Shown here piece after piece: positions 22,248 to 35,039 of a DNA stretch of 64,000 nucleotides. Position 1 is the stretch's first letter. The number at the start of each line of letters is the position of its first letter. Source of the stretch: Owenia fusiformis (Eukaryota); assembly GCA_903813345.2 (NCBI GenBank), contig CAIIXF020000001.1, positions 13,516,001-13,580,000 of the forward strand, written 5' to 3'. Under the pieces are notes generated by a model, which saw only the letters and a program-made list of their open reading frames with translations, was not told where the DNA came from and searched no databases. The translations under genes and the position numbers were made by a program.

Positions 22248-25200
22248 TTAAAGGACAACTGAAATAGCTTTTCTCAACTTGCAGCGACAAAAATGTGGTT
22301 TTCTCCATTGTAAGCCCAATGTAGAGTTCTTGCGATACCCATTATTAAATAAAAGTTAGATAACTGCTTACGGTCATAGATAACCAAATAAAACTAACTG
22401 TCATCAAATTGGCCCCCATGTGATTAGTAATGTCATATACAAAATATAGCTTGGTTTATTGGTTCCTTAGTAATCACAACATCATGGCAACCATAGGATT
22501 GTTGTGTAAACAAATAACAAAACATTTTGGCATTATGACGTCATGATCTAATGGACCAAAACGGGCCACGTGGGAGCCAGTGAGAGATCACGTGGGGGCC
22601 AATAACGTCACAACCAATTCGAATATTGCTTATTAAGCAGCTATAACGATCGTTAGAGTGAAATAATTTTCACACTACTGATGAGAAAACATGTCCAAAT
22701 ACATTTATCAAAAAATCACTTTGATTCCTTTAGGTTAAAAATACCATTTCATATCTGCCTTAAGCATACAGTTCATGAAAATCTAATCGAAGTGGCGGTT
22801 ATGTCCCCCATTTGTGACAACGGTATCTGACTTTACCGTTGTCAGGCTATTCCGATGTGAATTGGATTGAGCTCTGAGATATGAATGAACAGGTAAACAT
22901 TAAGTATGTAACAATAGCATAATTGATTATAACACAAAAGTAAACTCATATTAACGTCATGTACCTTTGGTAAATTCTTGCACAAAGGAATACATCACTG
23001 GATGAGATCCCCATTGGAGATAAACTCACCCACGTCTTGCATAATTTGAGCTTGTTTGTGCCTGGAGGAATGGATTGATATATAGCCAAAATCTGTTCTT
23101 ATTTTACAAAAATGTACTAACAAACCCATATTATTTTTAGATACATGTATGTACTATTGGTAAGCGAAATCTTAAAATAAGTCTTCCCTATTATATTTTT
23201 AAAAAATATTGGTCAATTTGAAGCAAGTTGAAAAAAGACCTTTTTGACCTTTTCTGACCTTGAGAAGGTCTTTGAAACTAGTACTGCATTATGTTGTACT
23301 TAAAGAGAGAATCAGAGATAGCGAGTAGGCTAAACAAAAAATATTTCAATTTTAGAATATTTTTGGCTCATGTCATTCCTTGTCATGTCTATTTTCTAAA
23401 AATCACAAAAGTGCATACTTTATTCAAGGAAAACGAAAGATTTTTACAATAATGTATTATTTTTCTATAAGAATGGTTACCATTCTTATTATTTGGGAGA
23501 ACTGAAATCTATTTTGCACTTTGAATCATTAATAACTTTACCAATTTATAACATATTGTGAATCTTTTGGGAGATATTGTATTTGATATTGTAAGCAATA
23601 GATTGGTAGGTCAATTATGCACATTGCTTGTAATTTTGTCACCCCCTATAGATCTGATTCTGCCTTTAATTGCTCTTACAAAATATAAAATGTGCACATA
23701 TGGTATATAGAAAAAAATATTACTTTTCAACTATGATGTATTATCTTCTTCATGGTTTGTCAACTTAGAATGTTATAATGCACAAAATGGAAAAGTTAAC
23801 ATTATAGCAATGTCTATAGCTGTGACAAAAAATATGAAAGTGGTATTCTAAAACTGCTGCGTCTAGCTCCGATTTTATAAATCGGTTGGGGAAAAAGTTA
23901 TTTGGTATTTTTGTTCCAGACACTTCGATAGTAAATTTATTTTTGATGGAGTAAAAAAGGATTTTAAGCAAAATACTGAGCTGGGAAATTCAAAAATTTA
24001 AATGAATAAGCTGAGAAGTGCATTAAACATTTTAACATAATGTATAATTATGCAACCCATCAGATCATCACCATTTCATTAAATACAGCGACCTTTTAGG
24101 AAAAAACAAAGCTAATATCCCAATCTATCACCTTAGGATGAAAAATTGATTTGAATAATACTAAAGACTTACATAAGTGATTCAGACCAGTCAACCTAAC
24201 ATTTGCCAAAATATACCACCAAATTATGGATTTTTCATTTGCCGAAATATACCATCAAATTATTTTCTTATATATATTTTGGGGAAAAATAATAACTTTT
24301 GCAAAAATCTAACATTTTCTCACCATATTTCAATGAAAATCAGCGCACGTTGCCTTTCAAAATATTTGAGTTTCCTTTCCATCTTTCCTTTCTTCTCTAA
24401 GTCATCTTGACAATTTTCAAACTCAAAAACATTTTTGAAATTGACCTTTATATACTTGGGTCAGAAGCTGATTCAGATCACTTATTCAGAATACCAAGAA
24501 AGATTCCTATCATTGAAATGGCTATATCAATCAATTTGAAGAATGTTGGACATGAATGACCTGAAAGAAATATATTGATACATACATGTAGAGTGCCGTA
24601 AATCTCTAAATAATGAAAATGACTTATTTTTTACCTTATCTATTGACCTTCAACATTTGGAAATTCCTTAACCATTTTAGACCTACATGTAGAAATAATG
24701 TAACCTTAATTTCCAAGAAACTAGGTCATATACACTACTTTTGTCACCTTATTCATGTGTACATGATTAAAATAAATACCACTACGATAATTCCCACTGG
24801 TAATAGGTAATATTTAGGCCTTCGGGTGTTTAACCACCTTAAACTACTGTGTCAAAAAATCCACCTAAAAAGTGTATTTTTGTCTTCTATTATAGGACTA
24901 CAGTTTCTTGAAAAATTTACCATATCTCTTAATTTAGGTTGACAGGCACTGAATCTCATATCCCAGATAAAGAGACAATTCTGATTCATATGTTTTACAA
25001 TTGACGCAATTATTATACCTCATCTCCATTTATTTGCGTCAGTGATTTGGCACTAGATAAAACCATAATGTAACCAGGTAACGGTCGAGCTAGGGTCACA
25101 ATTCTATAATTCCTCGATTGATTAGGAATACATAGAACAATATCACAAATTATTTAAGTGGCCCGGAACCCTTTTGAGGGTTGCAGATTAATAGTCGTTA

Positions 25201-25424
25201 AGTAACATGTTGCAGAAGTCATTAATTTACCTCTATGAGACATCATCGAGTTAATTAAATAGCTCTTGAATCAACTGAAACTTGATTTTCTGTGATGCTA
25301 AAGACGTGGACACAGGAAGTCTCTTACTCTAGATTCTAATGTTACAACATGTACCTTTTCAAATATACATAATCATATTCTATCGTTCAATCTACCAAAA
25401 GACCTGACATCAAGTATCATGGAA

Positions 25425-26138
25425 ACAAGGCATTAACATGACAAACTGTCACCACCTAGTTGCTCACAATATTATTGTAGATGATTTTGAAAGCAAGTTG
25501 AAAAAATACCTTTTTTGACCCTGAAAAGGTCATTGAAGGTGAAATCTCAAATCTAAAGTCAGATTTGAACTTCTGAGAACTTGTAGATGATTTTGAAAAA
25601 ATGGTCAATTTGTAGAAAGTTGATAAAAACCTTTTTGACCTCAAGAAGGTCATTGAAGGTCAAATATTTTTGACCTTTAGAATATTATTGAAGGTCAAAT
25701 CTATAGTCAGATTTGAACTTTTGAGAACTTCTAGTTGATTTTGTTTAAATTAATCAATTTGAAGCAAGTTGTAAAAGACCTTTTTGACCTTGAGAAGGTC
25801 AATGAAGGTCAAATTTCAAATCTAAAGTCATATTTAAATTTCTGATAACTTGTAGATGATTTTGAAAAGAATTTGGTCAATTTGAAGCAAGTTAAAAAAT
25901 ACCTTTTTGACCCTTTTTGACCTTGAAAAGGTCACTGAAGGTTTAATCTTATATAAAAAGTCAGATTTGAACTTCTGAAAACTTGTAGATGATTTTGGAA
26001 AAAAAACTGAAGTCAGTCTAAAAATTATTTGTTAAGTTATTGGAAGTTGTAACAATTTGTTACAGATGCCAACCACCTCCAATTGCCGATCACCAACCGC
26101 CATAACAATATAACACCACCTTTTGGTGGAGACATAAT
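25425..26138. mobile_element. HINE-like element (gaccttgagaaggtcattgaaggtcaa family)
   Basis: Shares internal repeats and terminus with 14700-15303; short fragments near 29670, 46730 and 55555. Confidence 0.6.
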
Positions 26139-28144
26139 GAAAACAAACAAATAATAGATGATCTGGAACAGTGTAATTAATTGTAAAATCCCATGACCCA
26201 TGTCCACCCATTGGCTTTATTGGATGAAATCTCAGATTCATCCGATAGCATTTGATTTGATTGCAATGTAATCACTTAATTTAAGGCTCTCAGGATTGCC
26301 TAAAATGATCAATTTAATGTTTTATCCCATTGGTTGATTCAGAATATGATTGACCATTGAAATTGTCTGGATAGGATCTCATTATAATAAACTGTCCACA
26401 TCTTTGCACTGTTATCCCTGGTGTAAGATTTTGAGTTTTTTATGGAGTTTTGGCTCAATTGATAACTTTTTCTCATTGAGATCTAATAGAAAATCCATCT
26501 GCAATTCTAAGGGTGCATTATAAATGTACATTAAATAAAAAACTGATAAACAGTAGACTCAAGATATATGGAAAGATCTTAATCTGACTTTAACTTTACT
26601 TATTTTTGACAATTATATGCCAGAGGTTTGTAAACAAAAATCCAGCGATACATTTCCCTCCATAAGGAGTGTAACCATTTTGAATAAAAATTGAAAATGA
26701 AAATCTGCAATAGAATCTAGCAGTATTCATCTTCACAAATTTTACTTTACATTATATGTATTCTGCAATAATTTTTGAAATGTGTAATTCTAATGAAAAA
26801 GTAAAATCTTACATTCTCATTACAACACCTGCTAATATGTACATACAGTTGCCAAATATTATATCTCTCACAGAGAGAGAGAAAATACACCTCCCAAGCA
26901 GAATGTTTTTGGATATACAAGGTGTTCCACTTACACAGGTTTTACTGTCCATCCATATTTTTATGAAATGATGGGATGAAAGCACTACTTATGGAAAAAA
27001 TCATCTGTACCATTGATTCTACATAGCTCCCAACCATATGTGTATCTCCTTTCATCTAAAACAGGCTTTCATAAAAAAGATTAACACCTAAATTCAATTC
27101 CTATAATGACACTGATTCAAACCGATAATAAGTAAAAGAAATGCTATTTAGTTTACCATTAATTCTCAGAGAAAATCTTGTATCCAGGAATATTCTAGAC
27201 TTAAATATTGAATGGTAACAAATTAACGCCACGTAAAGCTCAAAAAATAAATCTGGTAATTCTTTCTTCCTGGTCTTACAGATTCAGCGAAAATATTCTG
27301 GTCTGAGACAAAAACGTAAGCCTCCCTCAAGATCAAATGGTCCTTCCGCATGGTTTTTAGTCTCATATTGTACATGTACTGTCAGTGCCACCTGTTCCAA
27401 TCTGTTATCATCAAGAAGCTGGGAAATGGAGGATTAATTACTGACCATGATGAATAGGAAATACTTTGGAATATTACTTAAATCCTGGAACATATTTCAA
27501 ATTTAACATGACAGGACATGAACATTTAAAAATAATCCAATTATTAAATTTGAAAACTCAATTCATGATTTTAGATCACACAAAAAGTATTTAGATGTGT
27601 GGGACTGTCAGATCTGAGGGGTGGGAGTTTACAACCAAAATTATATGTTCAAATCCATTTGCCTAAAAATGCTGTTTGGGCCAAATATTTGAAAAGATGT
27701 GCCTAGCCTTTGTATTAATTTCTAAAAAGAAGCCAAATTAGAAAATATATTCAAAAACAATTTCTACTGTACCACTGATCAAATTATACTAATTGTTTCA
27801 GTATCTATGAAATCAAACTCTGTCACAATATTATTTAAATCTTTTAACTCCACCAAATGATGCATTATACTAATTTAATTATGTGGGAGACCAAATATTC
27901 CCTTGCGAATCCACCCACCTACTTTATAAACATGTGAATTCCAATCATCACAATCTCCCCTTTCTAGAAAATGAGTTCGTCCTCATACCTCAACAGCAAA
28001 TAGATCAATAAAATTGAAAGCTGGAAAAATGGACTGGTCCAAAGGATTATAAGTAATTTAGCAACAGGCCTCATTCCTACAAAATTCTGCAAGAGACCAA
28101 GGATTTACAGCTGATTTGAGCCAAAGACAAAAAAAGAAATCAAA

Positions 28145-28220
28145 ATGAAATCTTTTACTGTTTGCATAGCTTTGGCTCTTCTCATAGCAGTTACAAATGC
28201 CAATTACTTTGGCAAACGAG
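28145..28220 (+). CDS. Nested neuropeptide precursor exon 1: signal peptide plus NYF-GKR (MKSFTVCIALALLIAVTNANYFGKR-G)
   Basis: caaaATG context; n/h/c-region signal peptide ending T-N-A; amidation/cleavage site GKR; strong donor AG|gtaagt (phase 1). Confidence 0.82.
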
Positions 28221-30197
28221 GTAAGTTGATAACTTTTTCTTACTTTTTAATCAAAATACTTTTCAGTTTTATTCAAAATATATACCATAAATAGAAAATA
28301 AGTGTTTTAATCGATAACAATAAATTTCTCATCATGTTTAAGGTATTATCTGAATGTCGTAATAATGTTCTAATAGTGAGAATATTCCTATCTTTTATTT
28401 ATACAAAAGTTGACAAGTGTGAAGAAAAACCAATGAATAAATCACAGGTCTCATTTCTGAATCACTGCGCTTTTTCTGTTTATTCTAGTCTATACTGTTA
28501 TATATGAGCACTCAACAAAAGCATTTTTTAAGTATAAGAAACACAAATTCATGCAGTTCTGCTAAATTGCTATTAAAAATATTAATCCATTTAGTTGATG
28601 AAGCAAATAAACAATTGGAAGGAATTTAAAATCAAGTGTTTGATGCTTCTATCATTTGTAAACACAAAAATGGATAGAACATGATCGATGTTAAGATACA
28701 CAATGGCAATGGTAATTTTGATAGAACAAAGCTACAACCAAAATGTAAATATATTCTGGACTTAAACCAAATCCGGGTTTTGATGTAATCTCAAAAGCAT
28801 TGGTCATACATTCAAAACATCATTATTCCCAATGACGCATGACTCTAAGATTTACTAATTTGCATATTAGTGGAGTTTTTTATACTCTAGTTACGTAATC
28901 TGATCATTTGTTGATCAATCACATGACTGATGTGTACACATCGGACTTAATTCGCCATTTTTTCATAGCTAAACTTGTAATCCTTTAATACACTTAATAC
29001 AGCCGGAATACTTTCAAGCAATTTGACAGCATGCAGCATATTCCAATCCAAGGACTCTGATTTATACTAATTAATTCGTAAAACATCATAGTTGTTTCAA
29101 AATATTTCATAACTTTGGATGGTTTAGTATTTAATCTTGAATTGTCTTCAGTATTGCATACTTTCAAAATAACAATAACAACAATGGAGTAAAGTGAATT
29201 CAAGTAGTGTTTGATTGAATCCCACGATTCTGCAAGATTTCCTGATTTCACAAGGAATAGTCACTTACGTCACACATTAGGTTGATGGTCAACCCTTTAG
29301 GCAGTTGATAACAGTCATACTTACAAAATTAAAAAGATTTATAACAAAGTAAAACTCAGTCAACTTGTCATTTAGTAACATGACATGAAATAGAATAATA
29401 GCATAATAGAATGACAGGTCAATCATAATAGAAAGACAGGTCAACCAGAATGACAGGTCACACATAATAGAAAGACAGGTCAACCAGAATGACAGGTCAA
29501 CCACAACAGAATGGCAGGTCAAACAGTGCTCCCTTGATGACTTGGATGACTTCTTATAATTAATAATTAAATGATGCACTGCGCTTTATACATGACAAAC
29601 ATTGAAAGTTTCAGAATTGGAATCATGTTACTGGAAAGGTAGATTAAACAGGTCAACAAATAGCGAATGAAACGAGGCATTAACATGCAAAATATAACCA
29701 CCTGCCATTTGTTACAGATGCCAAACACTAACTGCTAAACACCAACCGCTAACCAACGCCACAAAAATGTAGGAGACTAGAACAATATGTCACAACTTGT
29801 GGTGATAACATAAAAATGATTATGAAATCTCTACAAAATTAATGTTGACACAAACTGAATTTTCAATAATTATCAAAATACTTCATTCTTCTATGGAGAA
29901 TTCTTTTTAGCTTGTCATCATTATCAATGAAGCTCACACTTTTAGACAAGCCTACATCGAGTTTAAAGACCCAAAGTTCCTTTTTAATGCTAACAATATC
30001 CTAATAGCTTTAGGAATAATTTGAGCAACTTGAAAAATTACAAAGTAAACGACAGCTTAGGAAAGATTATGTGAATTAATGAGATAGTGCCTCTTCAAAA
30101 GGACAGATTGTCTCCGAGAAGTTTGTCACTTAAAATAAAATGTCACAGTGTTAGGGATGGTGTCGAATTATCATTTGTTGTGGAGTAATGAAGCTCA

Positions 30198-30800
30198 TTT
30201 TGTTTGGGGAGGGGGCAAATTATGGTTTTGTTAGTGAACAGTGTTGATTTTGTTGGGGGAGGGGGCAAATTATGGTTTTGTTAGTGAACAGTGTTGATTT
30301 TGTTGGGGGAGGGGGCAAATTATGATTTTGTTAGTGAACAGTGTTGATTTTGTTGGGGGAGGGGGCAAATTATGGTTTTGTTAGTGAACAGTGTTGATTT
30401 TGTTGGGGGAGGGGGCAAATTATGGTTTTGTTAGTGAACAGTGTTGATTTTGTTGGGGGAGGGGGCAAATTATGGTTTTGTTAGTGAACAGTGTTGATTT
30501 TGTTGGGGGAGGGGGCAAATTATGGTTTTGTTAGTGAACAGTGTTGATTTTGTTGGAGGAGGGGGCAAATTATGGTTTTGTTAGTGAACAGTGTTGATTT
30601 TGTTGGGGGAGGGGCCAAATTATGGTTTTGTTAGTGAACAGTGTTGATTTTGTTGGGGGAGGGGGCAAATTATGGTTTTGTTAGTGAACAGTGTTGATTT
30701 TGTTGGGGGAGGGGCCAAATTATGTTTTTGTTAGTGAACAGTGTTGATTTTGTTGGGGGAGGGGCCAAATTATGGTTTTGTTAGTGAACAGTGTTGATTT
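30198..30800 (+). repeat. 50-bp G-rich minisatellite, ~12 copies
   Basis: Unit gtgttgattttgttgggggagggggcaaattatggttttgttagtgaaca. Confidence 0.95.
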
Positions 30801-32251
30801 TTTTAATTCAATATTCAAATGAAAGACATATCAATATTTTAAAAGTTGTTAGATGAGGGGAGGGGTGAAACCATAATGAAGTTAACTCTTGTATTTGGTA
30901 TTTTATTGTGACTCACTTCACCATATCAGATCAGAAATACAGATTTGGTTTTAAATTTTCATAAAATAAAAAAGAGAGGAGGGAATGATATGAAACAAAC
31001 ATGAATATGATTTTATTGGTGTGATATGCAACAATTAACTAATTGTCGTAAATATAATGAAATTCTATTTTGACTTTTGTTGATTTCAGGTGCAAAATAT
31101 TTTGCACAGTTTCACAATCATTCATGAATTATGGCTCACAATTTCTATACCTCAATGCAAATTCAAGATATACCCCTTTAATGCATTGATTCATTCAATA
31201 AATTAGGAGAAAACTTACGGGGCAATAACAATTTGAACTAAACTGTTTATTTTGTATTTACAAGATTACAACAGCACAATGTTTAAATGGAATTTACTGC
31301 AAATCAATTGCCATCATCATTTCCCAAGATCATACTCAAATATTTGTAACCCGAATTACGTACAGTTTTGCAGAATGATCCTGCTAGTTACTTTTATTTA
31401 TCTATATATTTAGACTTAGATTTAGTGGCATCATTAGTAGTGCCTTTATGGAGCTGTCGCACTTAGGCCGTGTGGGCTCACCATTCGCCACTGTTAGAAT
31501 ACTTTGGGGCAGATGACATGTATATACGATGGGCAAAACAAATAGTTGATTTTACAGCAAGATATCTCCCATCACACCAAATACAAAATGTTTGAATTAT
31601 TTAAAAAATGAATGCCCTAACACTGGTGAATAATGGGCACATGGCTAATTGGAGCATTTGATGGCTTCAGCCAGGGGCTTTCCTGGATTGTTCAATGGAT
31701 GAAACAGTGATGCACATGATAACGCCAAAGACCTTGAAATTGAGATAAATCATATATTCCATCAAAAATCATATAAGTGCATCATATTTTAGTTTTCAAG
31801 CAATAAAGGGGCACTCAATTATCCTTATTCCCATGGTTGTGCTAGTCTTTAACATATCACTGCAGCATTAGTCTCACATGTAGCTCCCATTGTGAGATGG
31901 CTAAACTAATTGTCATCATTGAAAAATCTCAAGAACCTGATTGGTTGCATTGTGAGTAGTTGATAAACCCATGTGTGGTGAATTATCAACAAAACTTTTA
32001 CTCACATTTCTTCTATGGGGATTTCCCTTTTGACAACACCTTTTTATAGTAGAATAATCAACAGAATAATTTCATCAATGTCTGATTTTTCCATTTACCC
32101 GCCGCAGTGTCTATACATAGGCACTGCCATGGGAGTTTGTCAATAATCCGATTATGTAACACCTACAGCTTTCAATTTACATCTAACCTCCAAGGCCAAC
32201 CTCTGGTGTCCCACAAAATAACCACTGTCACTATCAGAATTTTTTACTGAA

Positions 32252-32640
32252 AGGACGATTCTCGGTTTGGAGAACGAAGTTCATCAATCTAAATGAGCAT
32301 TATCCCTGTTTCGGACAAATTTGATTTTTTTACATAATATAGATTTGAATGTCTTCTTTTGAATAGTCATAATTTAATTTGGGTAATATTTCTAGATTTT
32401 TCGCAAAAAAATATTAGCGCAGTACACTGATGAACTTCTTTCCCCAAATCGAGACTTGTATTTTATTGAATCGGTCTATTTGAGCATTATCCCTGCTTCA
32501 GACCAATTTGTTATTTTTACATCTTGTAGATTTAATTGTCCTCTTTTGAATATTCATAGTTTAATTTGGGTAATATTTCTATATTTTTCATGAAAATTTT
32601 TTTAGCCCAGGAGGCTGTTCTCCAAACCGAGAATCGTCCT
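32252..32640. mobile_element. MITE family (aggacgattctcggtttggagaac TIR); other copies near 17624-18010, 19187-19570 and 54377-54768
   Basis: Inverted termini and shared internal ~140-bp subrepeats among the four copies. Confidence 0.75.
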
Positions 32641-32783
32641 TTATTTAAAATTGGGATGAATTTTTCAAGAGTACAAATGTCTGCTCCATTGTACTGGTTT
32701 AAATAACTGATTAAAAATTTTCCAGCCAGATTTTTGGTTTTCAAATTGTTTGTCCATCAATTTCTGAAATTAATTGTTGTTAA

Positions 32784-33451
32784 AGGAGTGGTATCGATAT
32801 GGAGAACTGAATTCAACAATGTTTTTCTCTAAAACCAATCATTGAAAACATTCTGTAAAAAACATGGTATTTTATGTAATGTTGACAATAATTTAATGCG
32901 AACATTTTTGAGAAATATTCTATATAACTGATTTTGTTAACATTTTTTGCTTTTTCAGTGCAATTGTTTTTGCTCCTTTCTACCAATTCTTGAGAATGAA
33001 ATAAAATGTCTTTCTGAACCTTTTTGGAACAAAATAGCATTATACAACATGTTATTAGACCTCTCAATATTATACAAAGGAATTTTTGGTTGATTTTACA
33101 AAAGTATTCAAAAAATTAAAACAAAATCCCCAAAAATAGATAAAAATCAAGATAAATCTTTTATTTCATTAACAAGATACTTTTTTAAAATCAACCAAAA
33201 TTTCCTTTGTACAATTACAGTATTGAGAGACCTAAACATGTTGTGTTTATGTCGTTTTGTTTCAATGAGGTTCGAAATGATGTTTCATTTCACTCTGGAA
33301 ACATGATACCAAGAACAAAACAAGTGTTTGATGTGTTTTATAAAACAATATAGATGAAAGTATATATATATTTGTTAAATTTTTAGATTTTTTTATGACT
33401 GGTTTAAGAGAAACGTGTGTTCAAAAAGTTCTCCATATCGATACCACTTCT
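32784..33451. mobile_element. TTAA-type MITE
   Basis: ttaa|aggagtggtatcgatatggagaact...agttctccatatcgataccacttct. Confidence 0.7.
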
Positions 33452-34721
33452 TTATGGTTCAACCATACTTGTGTCACAACATAGATCATTGTAAATTAGA
33501 ACTGTGATATTACGTCCCCATTCCCTGGAGTCCAACAGACACGATACAAAGAGTAATCTTTCAAACATTTAGACACAAAAAGCATTTGCATAATAGCTTC
33601 TGTATCGTAATCAGATATTTCAAATCTAAAGGGAATTAGCGTTGACAGTTTCACTATCCCATTTATTTCTTGGTCATTTTAGATTTCCAAGACAAAATTA
33701 AAACAACTTATGATTTACGTGGAAACTTCTTTTTTCACAAAAACTTCTTAAAAATAATCCTGACTCTGTGAATGTGTCATCTGTACATAGTTTTTACATC
33801 AATTATAAGATTTGCCATAATAAAAATCATACATTAAAGCAAATATATGTCAAGTTTATCAAGATAAACATGAGATAAAAAGGATATACATGTACATGTA
33901 AAAGGAGCCTGGAAATAATAGATAAAAGAAATTAAGGGAACTTTGACAGAAATCAACCAACCACTCGTGCTTATATAGGTTTAAATCTTAATAAGAGTCA
34001 AGGTTTACTCTAAAAGCTACAAACTTGAGGTTTAGATTAATAAAAGTACACATGATTGTATGGATATGTGATGATTAAGTGTAATGGTTCAATTCTTGAC
34101 TTGATCTCTTTAATTCAACAGAAGGTACCAATTGCCAATTAATATTTAATGAGAAATTCCTGTAGTTATCTGTCAATATACCTACTAACCCTATTTATAG
34201 GGTTCATTATGTCACATCCTATTTACCAACTTCTCGCCCCTGTCAATCACTTCATGTAAACCAATGAACAATCTCAAATCTCTCGTACTCATGTCGTAAG
34301 TTTCACTCACATGGGGTAATTTTCCCAAGATTTGGAAATTCCTTACGTTGGTTGCGTCATCCGATTTCTCTGATCTAGTTTCTTATGCTTATGTCAACAA
34401 AAGTCTATTATGTCAATTAAAAGCATTCGATGAAGCCCCATCCATAATCATAATATTAATAATAATGGTAGTACTACAACAGGTATAGATCCATCATTAA
34501 TTGGGTGAAACAAAATGGAATTAATGATGTTTTTATTGAAATCTAAGAATCCAATAATTGAGCATCAATAAAATGTTTCGATAAACAGTAAAATAATAAG
34601 GTGTATTGTAATTAATTAGATACTGGTGCACCTTTTCTACCTACTTCTTTTAAGGCCTTTTAATTTGCCTTACGATTCCCGTGTGTGAATGAACATTGTA
34701 TTTATACATGTATTGAATTAA

Positions 34722-35039
34722 GGTAGAACTTCAGTGTCGACCGACATTTTTTCTATAATACAAAATAGGTGAAAATTAGAAAGATTGACTGCTTGGTATT
34801 TCTAAAAACATGTTTTCATTCAACATTAATTTCAAAAGGAAAATTCTTTTTTTATTCAAAAATTGCACAATTCAGATTTTCTTCAAAAATTGTGATTATT
34901 CTCTACGAATACAAAAGTATTTGTTGTAATATTTATGAATATTTACCACCCAGATCTTGAGGAAAATGATTTGTTCAGTTTTCGTTTTTGGCATCAGATA
35001 TGCGCGAACTGACTGCGCAATGGGCATTGAAGTTCTACC
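34722..35039. mobile_element. Short TTAA-type MITE
   Basis: ttaa|ggtagaacttca...tgaagttctacc|ttag. Confidence 0.6.

Larger units (their letters stand above)
17454..22331. repeat. Tandem segmental duplication (about 17454-19017 and 19018-22331), each copy with a large palindrome
   Basis: Both blocks start ttaactgtgaggtcagagtagtaaggg and end gtagagttctt; ~350-bp inverted arms centred near 18560 and 20285 (ORF track shows the same peptide on both strands). Confidence 0.85.

Noticed and set aside
30198-30800. CRISPR-like array
   Set aside because: Pure 50-bp tandem repeat without spacers.
31090-31127. Alternative second exon for the peptide gene (tttcag|GTGCAAAA...TGA)
   Set aside because: Good acceptor, but only ~12 codons before a stop; the 39857 exon is far more protein-like. 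It cannot be fully excluded.
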